Of a stretch of DNA of 64,000 nt, positions 37,723 through 48,600 are shown in pieces. Made by a program: the position numbers and the translations under genes. The notes under the pieces were generated by a model. It was not told where the DNA came from, made no database searches, and worked only from the letters and a program-made list of their open reading frames with translations. Source of the DNA: Stegostoma tigrinum (taxonomy: Eukaryota); NCBI RefSeq assembly GCF_030684315.1, contig NC_081374.1, positions 17,719,265 through 17,783,264 of the forward strand. The letters run 5' to 3'. Position 1 is the first letter of the stretch, and each line of letters starts with the position of its first letter.

Positions 37723-38389
37723 TTAACATGAATAGTTGTGGCCCCATCACTGACTCCAGAGGATCTCCACAAAAGTCACTGCCATCCTGCAGTACCATGC
37801 TACTAGCTAGCTTTTCTCTCAATGTTTTATTCCCATCTTGAAACATCCAGACATGGTAATATCTTTTCTGTGGATCAAACAGACAAAGCTAAAATCCTAC
37901 TTTATTTGTGAAGATTGCTAGGAAGACTTCTCACTGATTAACAGCCTACTATAGTAGGACTTGTTATCGAGAGTGAATAGCAGTGCCTAATTTACACAGC
38001 TCTCCTGGCACAGTGCATAATTATAGTATTTCCTCCAAGGCATTATTCCTTTCAGGAAGGGTCACTATTCTGCTGAGATGCTTGTCTGCATGCAAAACGT
38101 GAAGCTCAGAACAGTTTATTTCTGCTTCACAAAGCTAAGCCTCAGCAGTTGCAGACATTGTTTACGTACACTCTCTCCATTCAAGGGGAATTTAAAAAGC
38201 TATTAAGGTCCATTCTGTACATGTGCAGCAATTTCTTGCTGTGCGAGGTTAAAATGTTCCTACAGTCAGCTTTAAGCATAACTGTCACGATAACGTTCTG
38301 TGGTCCACTAATGGTTCTAGTCTCACTTGCGGAAAATTAGTAAATTGACAGCGTACCCATTTGTAGGCCTAGGCCTTGACAAGGTTATT

Positions 38390-39726
38390 GAGTCATAGAA
38401 TTGTACAGCACGGAATTCTCCCACGCTGATCAAATAGCTTAAATTAATCTAGTCCCATTTGCCAGCATTTGGCTCATATCTCTCCCAACCTCTCCTATTC
38501 ATAAACCCATCCAGATGTCTTTTAATTGTTGTAATTGTACCAGCCTCCATCACTTCCCCTGGCAGCTCATTCTATTAATACACCACCCTCTGTGTGAAAA
38601 CGTTGCCCCTCTGGTTCCTTTTAAATCTTACCTCACTCTCCCCTGAAACCAGTGTCCTCTGGTCTACCCTGGGGAATAGACCTTGGCTATTCACTCTATC
38701 CATGCTCCTCATGACTTTTGTAAACCTCTGTAAGGCCACCACTCAGCCTCTGATGCTCCAGGGAAATTAGCTCAAGTCTGTTCAGCCCCTCCCTGTACAA
38801 TCTTGGCAACATCCTTAATAAATCTTGAAGTTTTACAACCTCTTTCCTATGGCAGGCAGTCCAGTATTGAATGCAGTATTCCAAAAGTGACCTAACCAAT
38901 GTCCTGTACAGCCACAATGTGACATCCCAACTTCAACACTTGCACCGATCAATAAAGGCAAGCATACCAAACGTTGCTTTCACTATCTTGTCTACCTGCG
39001 ACTCCACTTTCAAGGAACCATGAACTCACATCCCAACATCTTCGGCAACACTCCCCAGGACCTTTACCATCAAATGTATAACTTCTGCCTTGATTTGCCT
39101 TTCCAAAATGAAACACTTCATGTTTATCTAGATTAAGCTCCATTTGCCACTCCTTGTCCCACCTACCCATCTGAGTTCCCATTTACAGAGAACATAGAAC
39201 AGTACAGGCCTTTCGGCCCTTGATATAGCGCTGACCTATTATCCTACCAATCTACCCTGCTTATCCTACATTTACTATCCTCCATGTGCCTATCCAAGAG
39301 TCATTTAAAAGTCTCTAAAGTGTCTGAGTCCACTGCCACTGCGGGCAGTGCATTCCGCACGCTCGCCACTGAGGTAACCTTGTTCGTTGTCCACGACACC
39401 ACCAAATTTGGTGTCATCTGCAAAATTTCCCATATTCACCTTCAAATTATTTATATTAATGATAAAAAGCAGTGGACCCAGTATTGATCCTTGTGGCACA
39501 TTGCTGGTTACAGGCCTCCAGTCAAAAAACAAACTCTCCATCACCATCACCCTCTGTCTCCTACCTTCAAGCCAATTTTGTTTCCAGGTGGCTAGCACTC
39601 CCTGGATTCTATATGATCTAACCTTGCTAATTGTCTACCATGCGGAACCTTGTCAAATGCCTTGCTGAAGTCCGCATAGACAACATCTGCTGTCTGCCTT
39701 TGTCAATCACCTTTGTCACTACTTCA
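38390..39726 (-). mobile_element. CR1/HER1 LINE RT and 3' fragment with a nested CR1 3' piece at ~39186-39369
   Basis: VPQGSILGPLLFIININNL..NFADDTKFGGVVD (39305..39598); WQMELNLDKHEVFHFGK; LYRTLVRSLLEYCIQYW. Confidence 0.85.
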
Positions 39727-39917
39727 TTGGCAAATGATTAGACTATGTATCCAAAGCATGCTTTGAAATGTGTTAAACTGTGGTTGAGAGAAGTCACAAG
39801 AATAACATCATATTAAATTCCAATATAAAATGCTGGGGGCAATAGTTTGATGTTGCAATAAGCTTTGGCCAAGCTACTGTCTGTTTCTGTTCTTCAGCTG
39901 GGTTCCCATGATTTCCT

Positions 39918-40230
39918 TTGGCAGGGTGGCTCAGTGGTTAACACTCTGCCTCCCAGCATGATGGACCCAGGTTCAATTCCAGCTTTGGATGACCGGTTCT
40001 GTGGCGTTTTCACATTCTCCCCGTGTCTGCTTGGGTTTCCTCCCAGTGCTCTGTCTTCCTCCCACAGTCCAAAGATGTGCAGGGTGGGTGGACTGGCCAT
40101 GCTAAATTGCCCGTAGTGTCTAGGGTGGGAAATGTAGGGCGTGGGCTGGCTGGGATTCTCTTCGGAGAATTGGTGTGGACTCAATGGGCCGAATCGTCTG
40201 CTTCCGTGCTGTAGGGATTCTGTGTTGCTA
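39918..40230 (+). mobile_element. HE1-like V-SINE (tRNA head, V-domain, CR1/HER1 tail)
   Basis: A box tggctcagtgg, B box ggttcaattcc, V-domain-like cacattctccccgtgtctgc..gggtttcctcc..ttcctcccacagtccaaagatgtgcagg, tail tgggccgaat..ctgtagggattct. Confidence 0.85.
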
Positions 40231-40863
40231 TGTTCCTGGACCTTTCCTCCTTTTGTGACTGGTACCTATGGTCAGTCTGTTAGAATTCGCTCTTGATGCA
40301 TCATCGAAAGATACACTAAACTGTGTAGGGAATTGTGACTTAGATGAATTGCCATCTTTTACCAAAGGCTATTAATATAGCTGTTTAAAGGATCACAGTT
40401 TTGACTATGCCAGTGATGACCTGTATATAGATTTCCAGTTTTAGTGAATTCCATCTCTTTGAATGATGTGCACCCAAGACGGTTAACGATTATTTTGTTT
40501 CAATCCAGGAAATTCCATCATATGTTGAAGCGCGTTAATACTCCATTTTCCCACCTCATCGTTTCCACCTCTGAATTACTATCCTCCTAATAATGAAAGG
40601 ATCCAGCTATCTAAACATTGCTTTGAACTTTGCTGACTAGAATTCAGAAATTTAAAGTAACTGAAGTAGATGCCAAAAGTATCTCAATAATAGATGTTAA
40701 TTAAAACAAGCTTTTAATGATATGATTGTTGTTTGAGTTTGTCAAGAGGCAAATAAACTCCATTTGAGCTGAAATGTGTATGTAATTGGATTGCAGCCAA
40801 TTATGGAACGGAAATGATTGTGGAACTTTTTAGTGTCAGCTACATACCTGCAACATATCCAAA

Positions 40864-40980
40864 GGGCTCCAGTGGTGCAATGGTATTTCCTACCTCTTGG
40901 TCAGGAGGCCTAGGTTGAAGTTTCTTCGTACTCCAGAGGTGTGTCAAAACATGTTTGAGGAAATTAATTAAAAATATCTA
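40864..40980 (+). mobile_element. Short (~120 bp) tRNA-derived SINE-like repeat
   Basis: tggtgcaatgg A box, ggttgaagt B-box-like, ends aaaatatcta. Degenerate TSD caacatatccaa/caacacgcccaa. Relatives at 62750-62861 and 25999-26110. Confidence 0.5.
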
Positions 40981-41089
40981 CAACACGCCCAATTCTCTAT
41001 CTTTTATGTTTCCTTTCCAACCCTTTTCCTCTGAAATGAATCACTGCTCACAAAAAAGGTCATGTTTGCTTGAAGAATCTGTCCGTGCA

Positions 41090-41535
41090 ATGATCAGATT
41101 TTCAGGGATGTTGCCTGGGCTGGAGTGATTCAGCTATGAGGAGAGACTAAGTAGGGTGGGGTTGCTTACATTAGAGCAGGGAAGGCTGAGGGGGATGACT
41201 TGAGGGATACAAAGTTGAAGAATAGATAAGATAGATAGGGATACACTTTTTCCCTTCATACGGGAGGCACTAACTAGGGAGCATAATATTAAGGTAAAGA
41301 GCAGAGCTTAAAGATTTGAGGGAAAAGAATCCGTTCCCAAAGGTTTGTGGGTACCCAGAACACTCTTCCAAAAAGCGTGATACAGGCACAAACCCTCAAA
41401 ACATTTTAAGAAGTATTTAGATGGGCATTTGAAACAGTATAGGACACAAGGTTATTGGCCAAGTGCTGGAAAATGGCATTTAAACAAATGAATGTTTGAC
41501 TGGCGCAGACACAATGACCTCTATCCATGTTGTAA
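41090..41535 (+). mobile_element. CR1-like LINE 3' fragment
   Basis: agggatgttgcctgggctggagtgattcagctatgaggagagact (RMLPGLE..SYEERL); similar to 63215-63270. Confidence 0.65.
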
Positions 41536-41661
41536 AAGTGGAGTCTAAATTCACTTTCCTGGCATTTTCATCGCAATACTTTTTATGGTTTTTTTACTTT
41601 AAAAAAATGTCCTCAATGATTTTGTTTCTTTTCATGAAGTGTCAGTTGTATTAAAAATTAA

Positions 41662-42019
41662 ATGGCCTAGTGGTATTATCGCTGGACTGTTAATCCAGAG
41701 ACCCAGATAATGTTCTGGGGACCTGGGTTTGAATCCCACCATGGCAGATGGTGGAATAGGAGTTCAATAAAATATCTGGAATTAAGAATCTCAAGATGAC
41801 GTGAATCCATTGCCAATTGTCAGGAAAACCCATCTCGTTCACTAATGTCCTTTTAGAGAAGGAAACTGTCATCCTCACCTGGTCTGGCCTATATGTGACT
41901 CCAGACCCACAGCAATGTGGATGATTTTTAACTGCCCACTGGGCAATTAGGGATGGGCAATAAATGCTGGTTTAGTCAGCGACACCCTCATGCTGTGAAT
42001 AAATGAAGAAAAAAAAAAA
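41662..42019 (+). mobile_element. Near full-length tRNA-derived SINE with a LINE-derived 3' tail and poly-A
   Basis: A box tggcctagtgg, B box ggtttgaatccc, tail gggcaattagggatgggcaataaatgctgg...gaataaatgaagaaaaaaaaaaa. Confidence 0.8.
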
Positions 42020-42914
42020 CTGCAGGTTTTTAAATATACTTTGGGTAATCAATGGCTAAAAGAACTGACACTGGGAATTTAAGACTTGGGGCAGGATTTT
42101 TTGCCCACTTGTGCAGTGTAGGTTTTGGTGCACGAGTTAGGGAAAATAAATGGAACAGTCACACTTGCGAGAGAATTTGTGGAAAACAATTACAATTTTA
42201 CCCCTGAGGTTTAAATACTGACTTCTGAATCTGTCTAATGAGTTGTGGTGATATAATTACCATGTATTTGCTACTCATTATTAGCTAATCTCACCTTATT
42301 TCTACACAGCTCCTGAGTGTCTCCTCCTTTCCCAAGAAACTAGATGGTGCCAATTGCTAGCATCCTTACCTGTCTGGCCTATGTGTGATTTTTGTGGTTT
42401 GTGGTTATCTGAGAGGAGGAACTTCCCACTCACTTCTCTAGACTTTCACAAAGTCCACCTTCACCTTTTTCCTTCATGCTTCCTGAACGCCGTCCTCTTC
42501 CAACCTTCGTCCATGGGCATGAGCATAACCAAACCACCAGCCTCACCATGTCACTGTTGATTTAGCAGGACTTCACTTGATATTAGCTAGATTTCTTTGC
42601 ACAGGGATGTATCCATATCTGCTGTGCCTGTGCTTGATGCATCTTATGGCATTACTTAGTGCTCATTCATTTTGTGCTTACTTGGAGGATTCTGCCAGCC
42701 TCTATAGCTAGAATGGCTCTTTAGTGCAGCTGGTGAGGCAGACAGCTCATCCCAGTTCAGAATACTGAGCGATCAAGTGGAGGTGGTGGATGGCCATCAG
42801 TAGTGATAGCTCATAAGCTGTAGTGTGAGGCATGTGTAGTTTGTGTGAATGATGGCCCTGTGTGTGTGAGAGAGAGAGATAGCATAGAGAAAACGGTGGC
42901 GCTTTCCCTTGTGG

Positions 42915-43135
42915 AGATCAGAAGCTCATTCCCCATCTTCCTGGGCTGCTGTACTTTACTGAGGACACAGCACTGACCTGGGCAATATCACATTCCTGGC
43001 CAGCTGAGACTGATGACCTAACCGCCTCTGCCAGTCGACACAAAAACGTTGACCATCCTGTCCAGCGCCCTATCCACCAGCGTTTCAAGGTCACTGTCAG
43101 TGAAGCAGGCTGCAAGCTGCCCATTCTGGGTCATT
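42915..43135 (-). pseudogene. Relic of a Myb/SANT-like DNA-binding ORF of a PIF/Harbinger transposon
   Basis: Minus frames give LAACFTDSDLETLVDRALDRMVNVF and ECDIAQVSAVSSVKYS, resembling the 'RFSD.DLE.LL..V...W..IA..VSA.S...R' Myb-like pattern; frameshifted. Confidence 0.45.
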
Positions 43136-43717
43136 CCCTTGGGGCTGACCATGCAGCATCAGTGTGCGCAGGGCACTTACTGGCTTGCAGCATCTGAAGT
43201 GCTGCGGAGCCTGGGGTTTAAACCTGCTGCGACTGACATTAATGCTGCAAAGTCCTGGCACAGTGAGTGTGCCTGCCTCTCCTATCTCACAAATCCCATG
43301 AAGTGGGCATTGAAGAGGCCTGGCACATAGTCACTGAGCACAGTGGCTTGAGAAAGTTGAGGTGTCGATGCTTGACTGACTCCCATAATGTCACAAAATG
43401 CCAACTTTCAGGGGCCACATTTTCACATTTGTTTTTTTTTGGCAGTGATATGTTGGTGTGGGTTAGCTTATTTGGGGTGATTTATGCACATTTTAAGTTT
43501 GGACAACAGCTAAATACTGTGGATACTGGAAATGTGAATAAACATGAACAAACAATGTTGTACATACACGACATGTCTGACTGCCAATGTGAAGAACAAA
43601 ACATGAATAATATTTTGGATCTGTGACCTTTCACCAGTACCAAGTTTGAGCAGGTTCAAATGAGATTGCAAGAATATTGAAGTGTAATTTTGACATTTGT
43701 GAAATAGGCATGATATT

Positions 43718-45788
43718 GATGTAGAGGTGCTGGTGTCGGACTGGGGTGGACAAAGTCAGAGGTTATGCAACACCAGGTTATAGTCCAACAGGTTTATTTG
43801 AAATCACAAGCTTTCATAGCCCCTTTATCAGTTGAAGTGAGAGAAGAGCACACAGGCATAGAATTGATAGACCAAGAGATAAAATGATCATGCACATTGT
43901 GTGAGCAGAGTGTTGAATAATAAGTCTCTGCAGGCGATCAAAACTGTCAGATGGTGGGAGTAAAGAGCCAACAGTTGAATAACAAGCAAAGGAATCACCT
44001 GTAATCCAATAAAATGAGGCAGAGAGATAATTATAAAATGTTAAAAATAAGGATGTGTTGAAGACAAACCAAATGACTGGAATGACATGATAAGTATCAA
44101 AGTCACATGCTGAAGGTGTAATATAAGTAATTTGAAACTGTACACACTAAGGTAGAGAGGTCATAACAATTTATCAAGATGGTAGTGTCAACAGGACAAT
44201 AAGGAAGACTTTTCAGATACAGAACAGTATGCTGGGGTCACGTAGCACAATGTGAATACAAAATTACAGTTGAGGCCATCCTCATGGGTACAGAACTTGG
44301 TTATCAGTCTCTGCTTGGCGATTGTGTGTTGTTGTGTATGTGAAAGGCCACCTTGGAGGACAGTTACCTTGATATCAGAGGCTCAACGTCCTTGACTGCT
44401 GAAATGTTCCCTGACTGAGCAGGAACATTTCTGTCTGACAATTGTTGCACTGTGTCCATTCATCTGTTGTTGTAGCGTCTGCATGGTCTTGTTAGTATAC
44501 CATGCTTCAGGGCATTCTTGCCTGCAATATATGAGAGACAACATTGACCGAGTCACATGAGTATCTGCCGTGCACATGGTGGATGGTGTTCTCACGTGTG
44601 ATGGCAGTGTCTGTCGATGTACTGATTATGTCTTGCAGATTTTGCCATGTCAGCATTGTGTGGTATTCTGAGCAATGGTGTCTTGGTAGTTTGCTGCAAA
44701 AGATGGTCTGTTTAAGGTTGGAGTCTGTTTTGAAGGTGAGAAGTGGAGGGTGTAGGCATGATCTTGATGAGATGCTTATTGTCATCCATGACATGTTGAA
44801 AGCAGTGAAGAACATGACATGGTCTTGCTTCTCCAGGGCAGTAGTAGACAATGAAGGGTACTCTCAGTTGTAACCTGTATCTGTAATCTGAAGAGGACAT
44901 TGTGGGTTTTCACTGTGGCACATTGGAACTGGTTATTGATGAGTTGAGCATCGTATCCTGTTATGAGGGTGTCCACCATATTCCTCCTCATCTGAGCAGA
45001 CCCTGTGTATGCACAGGACTTGTCGGCAGGGGATGGCTTCTTTAATATGTTTAGCATGGAAGTTAGAAGTGCAGCATTGCGAGGTTATCCGTGGACTTGC
45101 AGTAGAGTGAGGCACTGAAGAGTCTGTTCTTGTTGGTCGAGAGTGATTTCTGAAGGACAGTCCATGGTAAATCTGATGCTGAGATGAAGCTTGTTGATAT
45201 CACTATGTAGTGGTTTCGGTGATTCCTTGTCATGAGTCCAATGGAAGAAAACGTTGTTGATGTATCAGGTGTGTAGTGTTGGACAGAGGTCCTGTGCAGC
45301 AAAAGTCTTTGCTCGAACTTCTGCATAAAATGTTGGTGTATTAAGGTGCAAATTTGGTGCCCCTGACTGTTCCATGTGTTTGGATGAAGAACTGGTTGTT
45401 GAAGGTGAAGACATTGTGGTCGAGGATGCAGTGGATGCGACTCTGATACCTATTGCATTATTTCCAGTAATTTCTTTTCTCTCTAACACCAGCTTATTTT
45501 GAATTTTTTGTAATTATCTCGCTGTCTCATTTAATCCGATTGCAGGTCATCCCTTTGCTTGTTATTCAGCTGTTGACTTTTTATTTAAATACCTAATATT
45601 TTTGATCACTTGCAGAGGCTTACTATTTGACATAGCACTCACACCATTTGTATGATCTTTTGATATCTCTGCCGGTAAATGCTGTGTCTGTGTGCTTCTG
45701 TCTGACCTCACCTGATGAAGGGGCTATGCTCTGAAAGCTTGTGAGTTCCAATAAACATGTAGGGCTATAACTTGGTGTTGTGTGACTC
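43718..45788 (-). mobile_element. Decayed PLE with RT and GIY-YIG remnants and an inverted pLTR
   Basis: 43761-44060 is inverted against 45484-45787. Minus remnants: TLHT*YINNVFFHWT (YIDD motif, 45253-45264), SLYCKSTDNLAMLHF, HHVHGRYSCDSVNVV, CRQECPEAWY...QQMNGH...VREHFS. Confidence 0.8.
45707..45745 (+). ncRNA. Minimal hammerhead ribozyme motif
   Basis: CTCAC-CTGATGA-a-GGGGC(tat)GCTCT-GAAA-GCTT-GTGAG: 5-bp stem I, stem II, palindromic AAGCTT stem III. Confidence 0.7.
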
Positions 45789-46551
45789 TCAAAATTGATG
45801 CCAGTTTCATATTTAATATCTGGGTTGTGCAAAAGGAGGAAACTTAAGACCAGTATCTTCATGACTATCACACTTTCATTACAAACCAATTGCTCTTGAT
45901 TGTTACAGTGGCTCCACATAAAAGCAATAAGATACAAGGCAGAAAAACAGTGGTGCCTTCATCTGCTTCTCCATTTGATGATCATTTGAGTAGTTAAACT
46001 AAAATGAGAGTGAATTTATTGGTACATTTGAGTGCATGCTTGGATCAGACCTGTGTTCATTCAGTCTCTGCGCATTAGTGAACGTAATGATTTCCACAAG
46101 ATGGTCCCGCAATATCCAGGTTTGAGTGGACCCCTGACCTGCAGAGCTATTTAAAGGACCTTTTTCCTTTTATCTGATGGACTATTTATGGTGAGTGTGG
46201 AATTTCTAGAATGGTGACAGTGACAACTGTACCAAATGACATCATCTGAATGAAAGTCTTACAATGATCCACATGCTGCTATAGTATTGGCCAGTAACAT
46301 GAGCTGCTTGGAGGCAAGGGGCCAGGATGCAGCTTATTCTATGCTAAATGTTTCAAGCTATACAAGATATGTTTGTGGTAAAAGCTCCTGTGTCCTCTGA
46401 TTTGTCATGTTAACAGGAACACTGCTAACACATGAAATCAATAGTTAGCAGTATCGTCTTCGAATATGGGTGGAAGGCATGACCAATGCATTGGAGCCAC
46501 TTAATCAGAGGAGTGGAAAATGCTTGTAATGAGTTGACACCCCCATTAAAT

Positions 46552-46730
46552 TGTCATTTTCTTCAGATTCAACAGGGATTGTTTGATATTCATTGTATTG
46601 TACAATTTACTGTCATTTTCTTCAGATTCAACAGGGATTGTTTGATATTCATTGTATTGTACAATTTACTGTCATTTTCTTCAGATTCAACAGGGATTGT
46701 TTGATATTCATTGTATTGTACAATTTACTG
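46552..46730. repeat. Perfect tandem repeat, 3 x 59 bp
   Basis: Unit tgtcattttcttcagattcaacagggattgtttgatattcattgtattgtacaatttac at 46552, 46611 and 46670. Confidence 0.97.
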
Positions 46731-46844
46731 CCAAAGTGGGGTTATGAGAGCACCACTTTATTTTCAGAAGATAAAACTTAGATCTATTTGCTTTAGTCCA
46801 GCATTTCTGTGCACCCACCCAAAGATATTAGGCTTGATATTTCA

Positions 46845-46975
46845 GACAGCAAAAACTGCAGATGCTCGTGTCAAGACCCTTCTTCAGGACAAGAGTCCCA
46901 ACCCAAAATATCAGCTTTCCTGTTTCTCTGCTGCCTGGCCTGCTACGTTCCTCCAGCTCTACACTGTGTTACCTC
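46845..46975. mobile_element. Internally deleted PLE pLTR mini-hairpin
   Basis: aaaactgcagatgct tail and gacccttcttcag, then the opposite-orientation cagctttcctg..gctgcctggcctgct..ctccagctctacactg. Confidence 0.55.
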
Positions 46976-47242
46976 ATATTTGCTTTGAATCTGTACAGGA
47001 ACTATATAGAAGCTCATAGCAATGGGAAAGTGAAGCACCGCTTCTTTGTTGGGTGTGCACTTGGGAATATCTCATTAGGTTTTGGAACATGTTTGTGATG
47101 AAATGCACAAGTCCAATTAATGCAATTCCTTGAAGGGAATTACAACACGCAAGGCTCTATATTATGGCGAAACTGCTGGAAGAAATGAGGAATCTCAGGT
47201 CTTCCCCGGGACCGAGGCAGTTCTCATTTTCTTGGCGCAGTT

Positions 47243-47530
47243 TTGATTTGATTTGATTTATTACTGTCACATGTACAGAGGGACAGTGAAAAGTGTTGTC
47301 TTATGTGCTTAACAGGCAGATCGTACTATAAAATTGCATCAGGTAAACGGAACAATGTAGCTGCCAAGAGGTGCAGAGAGATCAACATTAACGTTAAAGA
47401 GGTCCGTTCAGAAGTCTGATAACAGCAAGGAAGAAGCTGTTCTTGAATCTGTTTGTACGTGTGTACACACCTTTATATCTTCTCTCTAACAGAAGAGAGT
47501 GGAAACTTGTATAAATGTGGTGGGAGGTAG
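47243..47530 (-). mobile_element. Rex1-like LINE 3' fragment
   Basis: (ttgat)n tail and sequence homologous to 25470-25760 (gtccgttcagaagtctgataacagc..aagctgttcttgaatctg). Confidence 0.6.
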
Positions 47531-48189
47531 GCAGTAGTTCCTGAATGCTTGGTTCCCAGCGGTACTTAAATGACCAACTGCATTCACTGTGTGATGAATT
47601 GGTTGTTTATATATGTAGGCATATACTTTCTTGAGTTTGGATTTCAAACTATTGACAAATGGGTGTTAGATACTTCTGCAAAAAGCTTAAAGGAAACAAT
47701 GTCTGAGTCCTTTCTGTAACTGTCTGTTAAAGTTGTCATGTCATGTTGACCATGAGACACTAAAGGGCTTGCTAAGTGTGGGTTTCGTTTTGTGCTACTT
47801 TTAATCTGTCATAGCCAATAAGCTTTGCCTATCCTTAATTTGCACTTGAGAAAGTAGCAGTGAGGTGCTTTCTTGAACCATTGAGTCTACATGTGCTTAT
47901 TTGACTTTTCAGTGCTTTCACATTTGCTATGCAGTTTGAGGGCAGTTGGAATATGGAGTTGCATGTAAACTAGACTAAAGTAGAGCAGATATCATTTCCT
48001 GAAGGATTTTGATGAACAAGATGGGCTTTTAAGATCATTTGCACATTTCATGTTCTAGTATTAGTAACTAATTCCACTTGCATTTGCCTAGCTGCTGAGT
48101 TGGGGTTTGAGGTTGACTCCAGAGCATTAGCCTGGGCATCTGGAATACTAGAACAGTAACATTACCACTATGCTACTGACCCCTCTGGT

Positions 48190-48600
48190 CTTTCGGTCAG
48201 AAGGCTGTGCTTTCGAACTCTGCTGCAGGACCTGAGCACATAATCTAAGCTACCACTAAAGTGAGCTTGAGGGATTGTTGGAAATGTCTTTCAGCTGAGA
48301 TGCTAAGCCAAGGCGCTATCCACCTGTTCATGCGGATTCTCAAGATTCAATGGCCTTTTGCCAAGAAGAGAGAGAACTAAGTTCTAATAACGTCTGTCCA
48401 ATGTTTATCCTTCAGCCATTGCCACCAAAATAGATTCATTGCCAATTTATCTGAGTGGCACACAAATAGCAATGATGAGAGAACATGTGTAATGTGTTTG
48501 CTTATTATAACACGAGTAACACTTTAACACACAGAATCCATCAACTTACCAGAATTAGCACAATGTGGAAGGTATTACACCAAATATAAATCCTTTCATC
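48190..48600 (+). mobile_element. Old DeuSINE/SacSINE-like SINE
   Basis: gtcagaaggctgtg..ttcgaact..tgagcacataatctaagct...tctttcagctgagatgctaagccaaggc; recalled similarity only. Confidence 0.35.

Noticed and set aside
39918-40000. tRNA genes (also 41662, 40864, 63555)
   Set aside because: A/B boxes are present but continue into SINE bodies and tails; no intact cloverleaf.
43715-45799. attgatg as TSD of the 43.7-45.8 kb PLE
   Set aside because: Only 7 bp and it overlaps the element's own gatg terminus; too weak.
46552-46730. CRISPR array
   Set aside because: Identical head-to-tail units with no unique spacers, no cas genes, and eukaryotic context.
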